50,451 nucleotides of DNA from a virus. Taxonomy: Duplodnaviria > Caudoviricetes. Where the stretch lies: positions 1 through 50,451 of IMG/VR virus record IMGVR_UViG_3300015203_000012, one strand, 5' to 3'. The notes under the pieces were generated by a model that saw only the letters and a list, made by a program, of their open reading frames with translations, was not told where the DNA came from and ran no database searches. The translations under genes and the position numbers were made by a program. The number at the start of each line of letters is the position of its first letter. Positions within the stretch are counted from its first letter, which is position 1. This document shows, piece after piece, positions 9,549 to 19,662 of the stretch.

Positions 9549-11426
9549 ATGGTGCTCGGCCGGCGCAAACCTGCGCCTGTGCGTGCGGTGACGGCGTCGG
9601 CGGCACGGGCGACGATCAACAACTCCGCGTCGATGCGCCGCCTCGTGCAGCCGTGGCAGGAAACAGCGCTCGGCTACTACGACGACATCGGGGCGATCAA
9701 GTACGCCGGGAACTTCCTCTCCCGCGCACTGACACAGCTTCGGATATTTCCGGCGTTCCTCGATCAGAACGGCGAGCCGCAAGAGACCGACGACGCCGAC
9801 CTGGTCGCGTTGCTCGACCGGGTGCAGGACCCGAACGGTGGCCGGTCGAACCTTTTTGGCACCTACGGACGTCTCAGGATGCTGATCGGCGAGTCGTATC
9901 TGACCTGCACGTTCGACGACGAGGTCGGTGAGAAATGGGAGATGCTGTCCGTCGACGAGTTGCGTGTGAACTCGTCAGGAACGTACACAAGGATGATGGC
10001 GCCGCAGCTCGGGGCGACGGAGCTGAAGTCGATCCCTGATGACGCGTTCGAGCCGCTACCTGACACGGCGGCGGTCTACCGGCTGTGGCGGCCACACCCA
10101 AGGTTTTCGCTGTGGGCGGACTCGTCGATGCGCGGCATTCTCGGCGACTGCGAGGAACTGGTCTTGTTGCAGGCCGCCGTCCGTGCCCGTGTCCGCTCGA
10201 GGCTCGCCGGGCCCGGCATGTTGGTGATGGCGAACTCGATCTCTCCTGCACCACCCGAACCCGTCGGTGACGAGGACATGGAAGCGGACGTCTTCTACCA
10301 GGATCTGATCGAGGCGATCACCGAGCCGATCCGGGATGAAGGCACCGCAGCCGCGGCCGTCCCGTTCCTCGTCCGCGTCAACGACGACATGGTCGACAAA
10401 GGCTTCAAATACGTCACGTTCCGTGACTCGAACGAGGAATACCGCGAAGTCACGTTGCGTGACGAATGTTTGAAACGCATCGCGATCGGCCTGGACATGC
10501 CACCCGAAGCTTTGCTCGGGATCGGCGACATCAACCACTGGGGTGCATGGCAGGTCGACGAGAACTCGTTCAAAGCCCATATCCAGCCGGTCTGCCAGGA
10601 ACTCGTCGACGACCTCGGCTCCGCCTACCTCCGTCCCGCCGCCCGCGAACAAGGAACCGCGAACTGGCAACGCGTCGTTGTCGGCTACGACGCCGCCGGA
10701 ATCATCAACCATCCCGACCGGGCCAAAGACGCCAAAGAGCTATACGGGCTCAGGGCGATCTCGAAAGCGACGCTGCGGGATGCCTGCAACTTCGACGACG
10801 ACGACGCGATGCCCGACGATGAACGCGCCGAACAGATCGGTATCGCAACCCGTGACTCGTCGCTCGCCTGGTTCGGTATCCCGTCGATCCGTGGCGGCGC
10901 GATCGAACCGCAACCGGGTGAGGTCGAGAACGCCGGCGGTTCGTCGTCGGTGCCGACCGGTCCGACGACCGGATCCGAGGTTGAGTCGGGCCCGCCGCCG
11001 GGTGCGACACCAGAACCGGTCACGTCGTCCGCCCACCACCGGATCTTGGGTGCGTCAGAGCTGGCCGTTGAGCGCGCCCGCGCCCTAGCCGGATCAAGGC
11101 TGCGCACCAGGGCGAACAACGGCTGCCAAGCCTGCAAAGAGAAACTCACGGATATCCCGCACGCCTTGGTTGCGGCCGCGCTCGGTGTCGACCAGGTCCA
11201 CGAACTGAACGCGCCCGGCGAGCTGCAACTGGTAGCAGGAGGTGCCGACGACCTCGTTCAGACACTCGGACGTTGGGGTGTTGCACCGGTAGCCGCCCGT
11301 GCGATCGCAGACCAGGTCGAGGCGCACGCCGCACGCACCCTCTACGACACCCACCCCGCCGAGCTGCCCGCAGGGTTCGCCGGCTACGTCCAGCGACTCA
11401 CCCAGCCCGAATCCGTCGCGGCGTGA
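9549..11426 (+). CDS. portal protein
   Basis: GESY, RLWRPHP...ADS, RIAIGLDMPPE.LLG...NHW; position. Confidence 0.85.
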   Translation: MVLGRRKPAPVRAVTASAARATINNSASMRRLVQPWQETALGYYDDIGAIKYAGNFLSRALTQLRIFPAFLDQNGEPQETDDADLVALLDRVQDPNGGRSNLFGTYGRLRMLIGESYLTCTFDDEVGEKWEMLSVDELRVNSSGTYTRMMAPQLGATELKSIPDDAFEPLPDTAAVYRLWRPHPRFSLWADSSMRGILGDCEELVLLQAAVRARVRSRLAGPGMLVMANSISPAPPEPVGDEDMEADVFYQDLIEAITEPIRDEGTAAAAVPFLVRVNDDMVDKGFKYVTFRDSNEEYREVTLRDECLKRIAIGLDMPPEALLGIGDINHWGAWQVDENSFKAHIQPVCQELVDDLGSAYLRPAAREQGTANWQRVVVGYDAAGIINHPDRAKDAKELYGLRAISKATLRDACNFDDDDAMPDDERAEQIGIATRDSSLAWFGIPSIRGGAIEPQPGEVENAGGSSSVPTGPTTGSEVESGPPPGATPEPVTSSAHHRILGASELAVERARALAGSRLRTRANNGCQACKEKLTDIPHALVAAALGVDQVHELNAPGELQLVAGGADDLVQTLGRWGVAPVAARAIADQVEAHAARTLYDTHPAELPAGFAGYVQRLTQPESVAA

Positions 11427-13567
11427 ACGCCGACCGGTTCAACCAGCACATCGCCGCGGGACGCCAAGCAGCGGAAGGCAACCTTGCGGCGCTCGAGCGC
11501 GGCTACCGCATCACATTGCAGTCGGCCGCCCGGCATGCAGCCGACAGGTTCGCCGCCCTCGCAACGGACCATCTGACCGCCGACGTCACCGATCCGAAAT
11601 GGACGCCACCGGAGAACGACCAGCTGATCGACCCGGCCCGCATGGCGGCCGACGCGCAGAAACGCACCCAGCCGGCACGCCATGCAGCGTTGAAGGCCGT
11701 CGTCGCACCAGCGCTCGCGGACATCGGGATCTCGTACACCGTCACAAACCCTCTCGTTGCGGGGCTGATCGACACGCTGGGTGTGCGCGCGCAAGACATG
11801 GGCGACGCGATCCGCAACGATGTCGCGGCCGCGGTCCTCGACGGATACCAGACGGGCATGTCCGTCGCCGACACCGCCAAGCAGATCCAGCAGGCCATCG
11901 AGGATGTCGCACCCGCACGGGCGGCGATGCTCGCACGCACCGACCTCGTCGCTGTCGCGAACGGCGCATCCGTCGCCGCCGTCCGGCTCATCAACAACAA
12001 CGCCGACGGCGGCCCGCAGATCGGATACAAGCAATGGCAGGCCACCGCCGACGAACGGACCCGCGAAACACACGCGGAAGCTGACGGGCAGACCGTGCCG
12101 ATCGACCAGCCGTTCCAGGTCGGCGGCGAACAGGCCGACTACCCCGGCGACCCCGGGTTGAGCGACGAAGAAGCCTGCAACTGCAGATGTTCAATAACGT
12201 ACATGGAGGCCGCCGGGGCACTCACCGCTATCGCGGCCGACGGTGGTCCGGACGTGTCAAACCTCGCGATGGTCGCCGTCTACCCGCGCGCCCACGAAGC
12301 GACATCGCTCGCTGTCGACGGTGGACTCGACCCCGGTGACCTCCACTGCACGCTGTTGTTCCTCGGCGACGCCGAGAGCATTGATCTGCAAGCGCTCACC
12401 GATGCCGTTGCCGCGACGGCGCGTTCTCTGCCGCCGATCGACGGTGAGGTCGGAGGGGCTGCTCACTTCGCGGAAGGCCCCGACGGATACCCGTCGATTG
12501 TGCTGCCTGACGTCCAAGGCCTTTCGACGCTTCAGGAGACGGTGCGGGCCAACCTCTCGGATGCCGGGATCGTCTCCCCATCCGAGCACGGCTTCACGCC
12601 GCACATGACTCTCAGATACACCGAGGGGCCGCAGGTACCCGACCCTGCGAACCTCGGATCGCCGCTTCACTTCGATGCTCTATCGATCGTTGTGGCGAAG
12701 AATCGAACCGACTATCCGCTGACAGGAACGCTCGCGGCGTCTATGCAATCTCCGACCGGGGATGTACCCTCGGCGGGACACATGGACGAGTCACCCTCTG
12801 TCACCTTCGTCACGGACGCGCTCGAGGAGCGGATCGCCGAACTGCTGACCGCCGCGGTCACGGTCACCGTCGACGATGAGGCCTCCGAGGCGGCCGCGGA
12901 GCTCGCCCCCACCCCTACACGGTGGCGCGCGATCCTGTGCATCGAAGGCCAGGAAACCCAGGACAATCCGACGCTCGCCAGGGTCATCCGTGAAGGAACG
13001 ACGACGTGGCGTGAGCTTCCGTTGCCGCTCGGCGTGATGTACCAGACACCTCACAGCGACGACGTCGAGGCCGAAGTGTGCGGGCTGATCGACACGATCT
13101 ACCGTGACCAGGCCGACTTCCGGATCATCTGGGGCGAGGGGTTGTTCAACATGGATGAGGTCGGCGTCCGTGCGGCGGCCAGGGTCGGCGATCTGAGCCT
13201 GCGCGGCGTTTCGATCGACCCGTATGTGCCGGAGATCGAGATCACCGAGGTCTCGCCAGACACGCCGGAGGCGCCCGGGAAGACGCTGGTCACGATGATC
13301 AACGCGGTCATCTGCGCGGCCACGATCTGCCCCGTCCAGGCGCTCGACGGTGCGCAGATCAGCCTGCTCGCGTCCGCCGACGGAACCGAGGTGATGCCCC
13401 TCCGGTCGGACACATGCTTCGTCCTGACACGCGAGATCATCCGTGACGGTGTCGCGTCGGCAGGCGTCGATAGTGCACAGCTCGAGGCGAAGATCGACCA
13501 TCTCGCCGGCCTGCTCGAAGAAGACCGCGGCCGGCGCCGTGCGGTCATGTCGGCGATGGCGCTATGA
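11423..13567 (+). CDS. MuF-like minor head protein fused to a 2H phosphoesterase and a prohead-protease-like domain
   Basis: MuF KQW...D.RTRETH...YPGDP...CNCRC; 2H motifs HCTL and HMTL; C-terminal LPLPL...GVSID. Confidence 0.8.
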   Translation: MNADRFNQHIAAGRQAAEGNLAALERGYRITLQSAARHAADRFAALATDHLTADVTDPKWTPPENDQLIDPARMAADAQKRTQPARHAALKAVVAPALADIGISYTVTNPLVAGLIDTLGVRAQDMGDAIRNDVAAAVLDGYQTGMSVADTAKQIQQAIEDVAPARAAMLARTDLVAVANGASVAAVRLINNNADGGPQIGYKQWQATADERTRETHAEADGQTVPIDQPFQVGGEQADYPGDPGLSDEEACNCRCSITYMEAAGALTAIAADGGPDVSNLAMVAVYPRAHEATSLAVDGGLDPGDLHCTLLFLGDAESIDLQALTDAVAATARSLPPIDGEVGGAAHFAEGPDGYPSIVLPDVQGLSTLQETVRANLSDAGIVSPSEHGFTPHMTLRYTEGPQVPDPANLGSPLHFDALSIVVAKNRTDYPLTGTLAASMQSPTGDVPSAGHMDESPSVTFVTDALEERIAELLTAAVTVTVDDEASEAAAELAPTPTRWRAILCIEGQETQDNPTLARVIREGTTTWRELPLPLGVMYQTPHSDDVEAEVCGLIDTIYRDQADFRIIWGEGLFNMDEVGVRAAARVGDLSLRGVSIDPYVPEIEITEVSPDTPEAPGKTLVTMINAVICAATICPVQALDGAQISLLASADGTEVMPLRSDTCFVLTREIIRDGVASAGVDSAQLEAKIDHLAGLLEEDRGRRRAVMSAMAL

Positions 13568-14142
13568 CGGTCGAGCGGCGCTTCGAAACAGGGGCGCGTG
13601 GCACCCCTTCGACCGACCCCGGCCTGGTGCTCGGAGACGATGGTATCGCCTATGTTGTCGCGCCTGACGGCTCCAGGACGGCGGTCGGAAGTGGCGGTTC
13701 CAGTGCCTCCGTAGGGAGCGAACAGGTCTACGGCAACCCGACCGGATCAGTGGCGGCAGGGGATCTAGCGTCGCTGACGTTCGACTCGTTCGGGCAAGGT
13801 GACGACCTCCTCGACTTCACGGTTCCTACTCTGCCGGTCGTCAAGGTGGCAGGCCTCTATACCGTCACGATCAACGCTTTCCCTGGCGAGGATATGTCGA
13901 GCGACGCACAATTTTATATGACGTTGACGCTCGACGCCGCAGGACAAGTGGCTTACGCTGTCAACAACAGTGCTTCGGCATATCCGGGCAGTCTGCGGCC
14001 TGAAAACTCCACGACCGTCTCCTATTTCATTCCTCTTGGTGGCGCGATCCTCGCGACTGTCAGGAACGCGGACAGCATCGCGCACACCTTCGCGATCGAC
14101 GTTGCGGTGATTAGCTGCGTCGTTGCTTCCCGGATGACGTAG
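13564..14142 (+). CDS. beta-rich (C1q/TNF-like) virion or accessory protein
   Basis: VKVAGLYTVT pattern; atypical codon usage; ends in site A. Confidence 0.5.
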   Translation: MTVERRFETGARGTPSTDPGLVLGDDGIAYVVAPDGSRTAVGSGGSSASVGSEQVYGNPTGSVAAGDLASLTFDSFGQGDDLLDFTVPTLPVVKVAGLYTVTINAFPGEDMSSDAQFYMTLTLDAAGQVAYAVNNSASAYPGSLRPENSTTVSYFIPLGGAILATVRNADSIAHTFAIDVAVISCVVASRMT

Positions 14143-14157
14143 GGCATGTAATCGAGA
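14135..14157 (+). repeat. site A variant (TGACGTAGGGCATGTAATCGAGA)
   Basis: First 14 nt match consensus; contains the TAG stop of 13564..14142. Confidence 0.8.
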
Positions 14158-14186
14158 CAACGGTGCGTCCGTCGGGACATTGCGGC

Positions 14187-14215
14187 TTGTCACCGACCGC
14201 CCCCGCGCCTACCAT
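14187..14215 (+). promoter_or_regulatory. sigma-A promoter, leaderless to GTG 14223
   Basis: TTGTCA-N17-TACCAT, 7 nt before GTG. Confidence 0.6.
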
Positions 14216-14222
14216 CCGTGCC

Positions 14223-14912
14223 GTGGATGTCCTGACCGCCGCCGCCGCAGGGTTCGCCCCGATATACCCGCCAGCCGGCTGGTTCGACAACCCGGCCCTT
14301 GACGGGCCAACAGCGCTCACGGTCACCCGTGACGGACGTGTCTACGGGCACGCCGCACTGTGGGACAGCTGCCATGTCGGATTTCCCGGCCGGTGCGTCG
14401 CGCCGCCGCGCTCCCGGACCGGGTACAGCCACTTTCATCTCGGCGAGATCTCCACCCAGGAAGGCCACGAGGTCTACGTCGGCAAGATCACCCTGGCGTC
14501 AGGGCACGCCTCGACAGCGGCGGGGATGACCGAGGAGGCCGCCCGCGCCCACTACGACGACACCGGCACCGTCGCCGCATACGTCAGGGCAGGCGACGAC
14601 CAGCACGGCATCTGGCTCGCCGGCGCCGTCCGCTCAGACCTGCCGGCCGAACGGCTGCAAGACCTCCGCGCAAACCCCGTGTCGGGGGATTGGCGTGGCG
14701 GCGAGCTCATCGCCGCCCACTGCGTACCGACACCCGGGTTCCCGGTGCCACGTGTCGCGTCGAGGCTCGCCGCGTCGGCTGCAGAGACGCCACTAGCGCT
14801 TGTCGCATCGAGCGGTCTGCGACCGACCGTCGACGAGGCAGACACGCTGGCGTTGATCGCGGCGCTCTCCGCCCCCGAACGGCGTGTCGCACGGCCCGGG
14901 TTCGGCCGCTGA
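14223..14912 (+). CDS. head-maturation protease-associated domain protein
   Basis: GRVYGH.A.W..CH.G, HYDDTG, GIWLAG, SGDWR, PGFP; typical of actinophage head modules. Confidence 0.65.
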   Translation: MDVLTAAAAGFAPIYPPAGWFDNPALDGPTALTVTRDGRVYGHAALWDSCHVGFPGRCVAPPRSRTGYSHFHLGEISTQEGHEVYVGKITLASGHASTAAGMTEEAARAHYDDTGTVAAYVRAGDDQHGIWLAGAVRSDLPAERLQDLRANPVSGDWRGGELIAAHCVPTPGFPVPRVASRLAASAAETPLALVASSGLRPTVDEADTLALIAALSAPERRVARPGFGR

Positions 14913-15568
14913 CCCGGATCGTCTGCCGGATCCAAACGCATCCGGCGCGCGCCGCCCTGATCCCGCCGCTCCTCGAACGCCTCCACGGCTTCGACGACCT
15001 CGCTGCCATCGCCGACCCCGAACCTGGCGCATCCGTCGCGAACGCATGGCGGAGCTACCGCGCCTGCCTCGAAGCGATCCCGCCCGGCGCGCATGGCCTG
15101 ATCGTCCAGGACGACTCGATCCCGTGCCGCAACCTCGCCGCCGCGCTCGACCGGATCGTCGCGGCCCATCCCGACAGGATCATCTGCCTGTTCGTCGGCG
15201 GCGCACCGAAACGATCCGCCGACAACGTCACAGCCGCCGGCGGCCGCGGCGACCCGTACGCCGAACTCCACACAGGCGACTGGCTGCCATGCGTCGCCAC
15301 CGTCTACCCGCCCGCACATGTCGCCGGCATCCTCGAGTTCGTCGACCGGCGCGACTGGCCGCACAACAATCTCGGCGACGACCACCGGCTGGGCGAATAC
15401 ATCCGTGCAGCCGGCATCACGGCGCTCGCAACGGTCCCGAACCTTGTCCAACACCCCGACGAGGTGCGTTCCCTGATCGGCACACATGCACTCGCCGGAC
15501 TCAACCCGGCACGGGTCTCGTGCTGCTACATCGGCAACCACGACCCGCTGCAGATCGACTGGAGCTGA
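14909..15568 (+). CDS. glycosyltransferase-like protein; probable CTG start
   Basis: IVQDD, GDDHRL, VPNLVQH...SLIG; CTGA overlap. Confidence 0.7.
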   Translation: MTRIVCRIQTHPARAALIPPLLERLHGFDDLAAIADPEPGASVANAWRSYRACLEAIPPGAHGLIVQDDSIPCRNLAAALDRIVAAHPDRIICLFVGGAPKRSADNVTAAGGRGDPYAELHTGDWLPCVATVYPPAHVAGILEFVDRRDWPHNNLGDDHRLGEYIRAAGITALATVPNLVQHPDEVRSLIGTHALAGLNPARVSCCYIGNHDPLQIDWS

Positions 15569-15571
15569 CTG

Positions 15572-15928
15572 CTAGATCGTCGCGCCGTGCAGCTTGCGAT
15601 GACAGTTAGAGCAGAGCACGATGCACTTGGCGATCTCGGCTCGCAGTTTGGTCTCGCCACAGTCTCGTGCTTGCCCACGTCCGAAGCCAAAGCTCTTAGT
15701 TGTCGGATCGACGTGGTGAAAGTCAAGACAGCGAAGGTCACGCTCGTCGCAGCGTGAACACCCTTCTGCCTGGGCCTCGGCGATGATTCGACGGTTTCGT
15801 TCAACCGTTCGTTTCTTCACGACTCGGCGAATCGCTCGAGCCTTCTCAATGTTCTCAGGCCGGAGCCGCCACTCCTTCTGATACTTGCGATGATAGGCGA
15901 GGAACGCCTCTCTGTCCTTGATCGGCAC
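15572..15928 (-). CDS. free-standing HNH endonuclease, antisense to late genes
   Basis: CSRC...LDFHH...KCIVLCSNCHRKLH. Confidence 0.85.
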   Translation of the reverse strand: MPIKDREAFLAYHRKYQKEWRLRPENIEKARAIRRVVKKRTVERNRRIIAEAQAEGCSRCDERDLRCLDFHHVDPTTKSFGFGRGQARDCGETKLRAEIAKCIVLCSNCHRKLHGATI

Positions 15929-15977
15929 GGGGTTTACGCCACCACCTTCGAGGATGAGCATAGGTGACCACGGTGAC

Positions 15978-16007
15978 TTGCGCAACGTCCTCTGATGCGC
16001 ATACACT
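15978..16007 (+). promoter_or_regulatory. putative promoter of major capsid gene
   Basis: TTGCGC-N18-TACACT. Confidence 0.45.
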
Positions 16008-16110
16008 CCCCGCCATAAGGACAGGCCGCGTAGCAGCCTTCCTCTAGCGGAGCCCGTAGGTGCTCTCGCGACGACCGCACTTTCAACACTCGTCACGAGG
16101 AGCCCACGGC

Positions 16111-17853
16111 ATGAAACTCTTTCCCGCACTCCCGGCAGACCTAGCCGCAGCCACCGACGAAGACCTCGCCGCGCTGCATAGCGCGCATGTCGAGGCGATG
16201 TCGAAGATCAAGGCGAACGACACCGAGTTCCTCGGCGAGCTCGCAGCATCAGAGATTCTGGCGCAGCTGACCGCGGGCCGCGCCCAGCTCGACCAGCTGA
16301 AGGCCGAGCAGACCGCGCGTGTCGAGGCGCAGGAGAACTTCGCCGCCGAGGTCGCGAAGCTCACCGCCGACATCGACGACGTGACCGCAGAGGCGGAGAC
16401 GCCCGAGGACGGCGACGCGGGCACCGAGGACGCCGACGAGGCGGACGCGGCAGCCGACGCGGATGTCGTCTCGGAGGCCGAGCTGGTCACCGCCGAGGCC
16501 GCAGCCGAAGAGACCGGTCCCGTCGAGGACGTCGTGGAGCCGGTCGCGGAACTCGTCGCCGCAGCCCCCAGGTTTTCCCGTCCGCCCGCGACGGCGAAGC
16601 GGCACCAGCCGCAACCGGCGAAGCCGCAAGGTGCCGCACTCGTCGCGTCCGCCGGGCTCGAGAAGGTCGTTGCTGCCGGTGAGGCGCTGAACCGCGAAAC
16701 GCTCGCGCTCGCGATGCAGGAGGCTTACCGGAAAACAACGGCGCTCCCGGGGTCAGCCGACGTCGTCGTCGCCTCAGCACGCTACGACTTCCCCGACGAC
16801 CGAACCCTCACCCTCGCCGACGCGAACCATGCTGGCGAGATCACGATCGACAGTCCGAAGGTCAAAGCCGTTGTCGGCGAGGAAGCACTTGTCGCGTCCG
16901 GCGGCCTCTGCGCGCCTGTCACGCCGTACTACCAGCTGATGAATATCGCGACCGCGTCCCGGCCCGTCAGGGACGCGCTGCCGTCGTTCGCGGCTGTCCG
17001 TGGCGGCCTCCGGTTCGCCGCACCTCCGTCGATCGGTGACATCACAACGGCCGTCGGGAAGATCACAGCCGCGCAGGATCAGGCGGGCGGATCGACCGGA
17101 ACGAAGACCTGTCAGACCGTCATCTGCCCAGCGTTCTCCGAAGTCGACGTCGCGGCGATCTACCACTGCATCACCGCCGGCAACCTCGGCGCGCGTGCGT
17201 TCCCGGAGCAGATCGCGCAGTTCATCGACCTCGTCCTCGCCGCACACGCCCGGGCGGCCGAGACCGCGCTCCTCGACAGCCTCAAGGCAGGCTCGACGCA
17301 GGTGACGACTGCTGAGATCGCAGGTGCGACCGCTTCGCTGTTCCCGGCGATGCTCGCCGCGGCCGCACAGATCCGGTCGTTCTACCGGATGGCCGACGAC
17401 GCGATGCTTCGCGTCATCCTCCCGACGTGGTGCGACGACCTGATCAAGGCCGACATCGTCCGGCAGCCCTACGACAAGTTCGGGATGTCCGACGCCGAGT
17501 TCGAAGCGATCCTGGCGTCGTTCAACCTCAACGTCTCCTACTACCTCGACGGTGCGACCGGAGACGGGCAGGTTCTCGGAGTCCAGAACGCAGGGGCGAT
17601 CAACGGGTTCCCGTCAACCGTCAAGTGGTTCATCTTCCCCGAAGGAACATGGCTGCATCTCGACGGTGGCACGCTCGAGCTCGGACTCGTCCGCGACTCC
17701 ACGCTGAACGCGACGAACAGCTACCAGATCTTCGGTGAGATCTGGGAGAACGTCGCCAAAGTCGGCCCCGTCTCCTACGAGGTCACGAGCACCCTCCATG
17801 ACACGGGCGCGCTGAGCGCACCGATCACCATCGCCACGCCGACGGCCTACTAA
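16111..17853 (+). CDS. major capsid protein with N-terminal acidic scaffold region
   Basis: GAGGAG RBS; ASGGLCAP, RPVRDALP.F...RGG, LDGGTLELGLVRDSTLN..N.Y..F.E. Confidence 0.85.
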   Translation: MKLFPALPADLAAATDEDLAALHSAHVEAMSKIKANDTEFLGELAASEILAQLTAGRAQLDQLKAEQTARVEAQENFAAEVAKLTADIDDVTAEAETPEDGDAGTEDADEADAAADADVVSEAELVTAEAAAEETGPVEDVVEPVAELVAAAPRFSRPPATAKRHQPQPAKPQGAALVASAGLEKVVAAGEALNRETLALAMQEAYRKTTALPGSADVVVASARYDFPDDRTLTLADANHAGEITIDSPKVKAVVGEEALVASGGLCAPVTPYYQLMNIATASRPVRDALPSFAAVRGGLRFAAPPSIGDITTAVGKITAAQDQAGGSTGTKTCQTVICPAFSEVDVAAIYHCITAGNLGARAFPEQIAQFIDLVLAAHARAAETALLDSLKAGSTQVTTAEIAGATASLFPAMLAAAAQIRSFYRMADDAMLRVILPTWCDDLIKADIVRQPYDKFGMSDAEFEAILASFNLNVSYYLDGATGDGQVLGVQNAGAINGFPSTVKWFIFPEGTWLHLDGGTLELGLVRDSTLNATNSYQIFGEIWENVAKVGPVSYEVTSTLHDTGALSAPITIATPTAY

Positions 17854-17893
17854 AAGCCGTCAAGCAGATCGAGGCGAAGAGGAACACGGGAAT

Positions 17894-17936
17894 GTCGGCA
17901 AGGCCACTGATCCATACGGACGGTGGCCTTGCCGAC
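17894..17936 (+). terminator. 14-bp perfect stem-loop after capsid gene
   Basis: GTCGGCAAGGCCAC...GTGGCCTTGCCGAC; no U-tract. Confidence 0.55.
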
Positions 17937-17953
17937 CGCTTCCACGGTGAGGC

Positions 17954-18823
17954 ATGAGCGGATACGGCCCGTGGCTTCCAGTAGACGGGCCTGCACCGCA
18001 GCCGCCCCGGTACGGTCTGCTTTCCGCGGCGACGATCATCACGGGTGAGGACGAACGCTGGGCGAACGGTGTCGAGGTGTGGCCGTTCCCGCCCGACAGC
18101 GTTTTGGGCCATGACCCTTGCGGTGCCGGCGGTTCGTCGTTGGTGAAGTCGACGGGCGGGTCGGTGTCGAAGCCGCAGTTCGCAGCGTTCACCGCGTATC
18201 TCGCGGCGACGTGTAACGCGCGCGGGATAGCGACGAATGACGATTTCCGTGCCCGTGCGGTGGCGGCGTTTACAGCGGTCGAGGGTGCGGCCGCGGAGAG
18301 ACAGTTGGCATCGGGCACATATGTGGCGTCGCCGAACCGGTTCCTGACCGACCTGAACCTGACATCCCCGTCGGGTGGGGTGCTTTCGCTCGCGTCGACG
18401 TCACCGGAGAACGCGCTCGAGCAGCTCGAGAACGCGATTGGTTCCACGCAGCGGGCCGGTGTCATCCATGCCGACCCGGCCACGGTTGTCGCATGGGACG
18501 CAAAGTATCTTCTGGCCGACCCGCCGTCCACCGGGCCGAGGTATACGAAGCGTGGCACCCCGGTCGCGATCGGTGACGGCTACATCGGCGCCCACCCGAT
18601 CGGCCACTCCGCCCCCGCAACCTGTGAAGGGTGGGCGTTCGCAACAGGCCCAATCGCTGTCCGCCGGTCCGTTGACGTCACCGTGTACGGCGACCTGACG
18701 CAAAACCTTGACCGTGTCAACAACGTCATCACGTTCCGGGCCGAACGCGATCTCGTTGTCTACTGGGACGGCGTCCTCCAAGCCGGCGTTCTGGTTGACC
18801 GGGGGAAGACCGGATGTCCCTGA
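17954..18823 (+). CDS. head-associated structural protein
   Basis: Position after MCP; YGLLSAA, T..GTPV..G.GY, N......AER. Confidence 0.6.
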   Translation: MSGYGPWLPVDGPAPQPPRYGLLSAATIITGEDERWANGVEVWPFPPDSVLGHDPCGAGGSSLVKSTGGSVSKPQFAAFTAYLAATCNARGIATNDDFRARAVAAFTAVEGAAAERQLASGTYVASPNRFLTDLNLTSPSGGVLSLASTSPENALEQLENAIGSTQRAGVIHADPATVVAWDAKYLLADPPSTGPRYTKRGTPVAIGDGYIGAHPIGHSAPATCEGWAFATGPIAVRRSVDVTVYGDLTQNLDRVNNVITFRAERDLVVYWDGVLQAGVLVDRGKTGCP

Positions 18824-18878
18824 TCTCTAACCGTGCCGCATCCCGCGGCGCAACGACCCCAGAAAGGGTGGTGGAAGG

Positions 18879-19532
18879 ATGACCGCAATCTGTGGAACCC
18901 CGCTGGGGCTCTGCGCCGTCAGAGTGACCCGTCTCGACTCGCTCGGCAACGTCGCGGCCGGGCCGAACAACTCGTATGTGACGTCGTCGCCGATCTCGAT
19001 CGTCGCGACGCCGGTGCTGTCCGCCGGCGACGACCGTGAGCTGAAGTCGGGGTGCGGATGCATCACGGCCGCCGCGAAGCTCCCCGATGTGCTGAAACGG
19101 TTCACGTTGGCGTTCGTCGACGGCATCCTCGAGCCCGCGATGGTCGAGATGCTGCTCGGCGCAACCCTGATCTCGTCAGGTGCGGACCCGGTCGGGTTTT
19201 CGTATCCGAACCAGGTCGGCTGTGCGAACCCGCAGCAGCCGAACGTCGCGATCGAAGGGTGGGCGAAGAACTGGAATAGCACCTACCAGGATCCGACACG
19301 GCCGTGGATCCACTACGTGTGGCCGATGTCGTCGTGGCAGCCGGGGGCGGAGAACCACCAGAACGACTTCGAGCAGCCCACGTTTGACGGGTTCACGAAG
19401 CCGAACGCGTTGTGGAACCACGGCCCGTACGGTGACGGTGTGGTGGTCGGCCAGATGGGTGCGGTGTTCCAGACCGCGATCGCGCCGCCGGTCGGTTCGT
19501 GCGGCTACGCGACGGTCTCCCCGTCGAGCTAG
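18879..19532 (+). CDS. major tail (tube) protein
   Basis: RVTRLD..G, VAIE.W, W..GPY; position. Confidence 0.7.
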   Translation: MTAICGTPLGLCAVRVTRLDSLGNVAAGPNNSYVTSSPISIVATPVLSAGDDRELKSGCGCITAAAKLPDVLKRFTLAFVDGILEPAMVEMLLGATLISSGADPVGFSYPNQVGCANPQQPNVAIEGWAKNWNSTYQDPTRPWIHYVWPMSSWQPGAENHQNDFEQPTFDGFTKPNALWNHGPYGDGVVVGQMGAVFQTAIAPPVGSCGYATVSPSS

Positions 19533-19543
19533 ACGAAGGAGTT

Positions 19544-19591
19544 GGGGCTGTGACCGGATCCATCCTCTCCCCGGATCCGGGTCACGGCCCC
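19544..19591 (+). terminator. stem-loop after tail tube gene
   Basis: GGGGCTGTGACCGGATCC...GGATCCGGGTCACGGCCCC. Confidence 0.5.
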
Positions 19592-19662
19592 TGGCGCACG
19601 CTGGTGCAGAACATGTGCGCGTGCGCGCGACGCAAAACGAACCAACGGATGGGAGCGCCAGC

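Noticed and set aside
2496-15541. Long minus-strand ORFs such as 4113..5186, 7180..8175 and 14552..15541
   Set aside because: High-GC shadow frames opposite well-supported coupled genes
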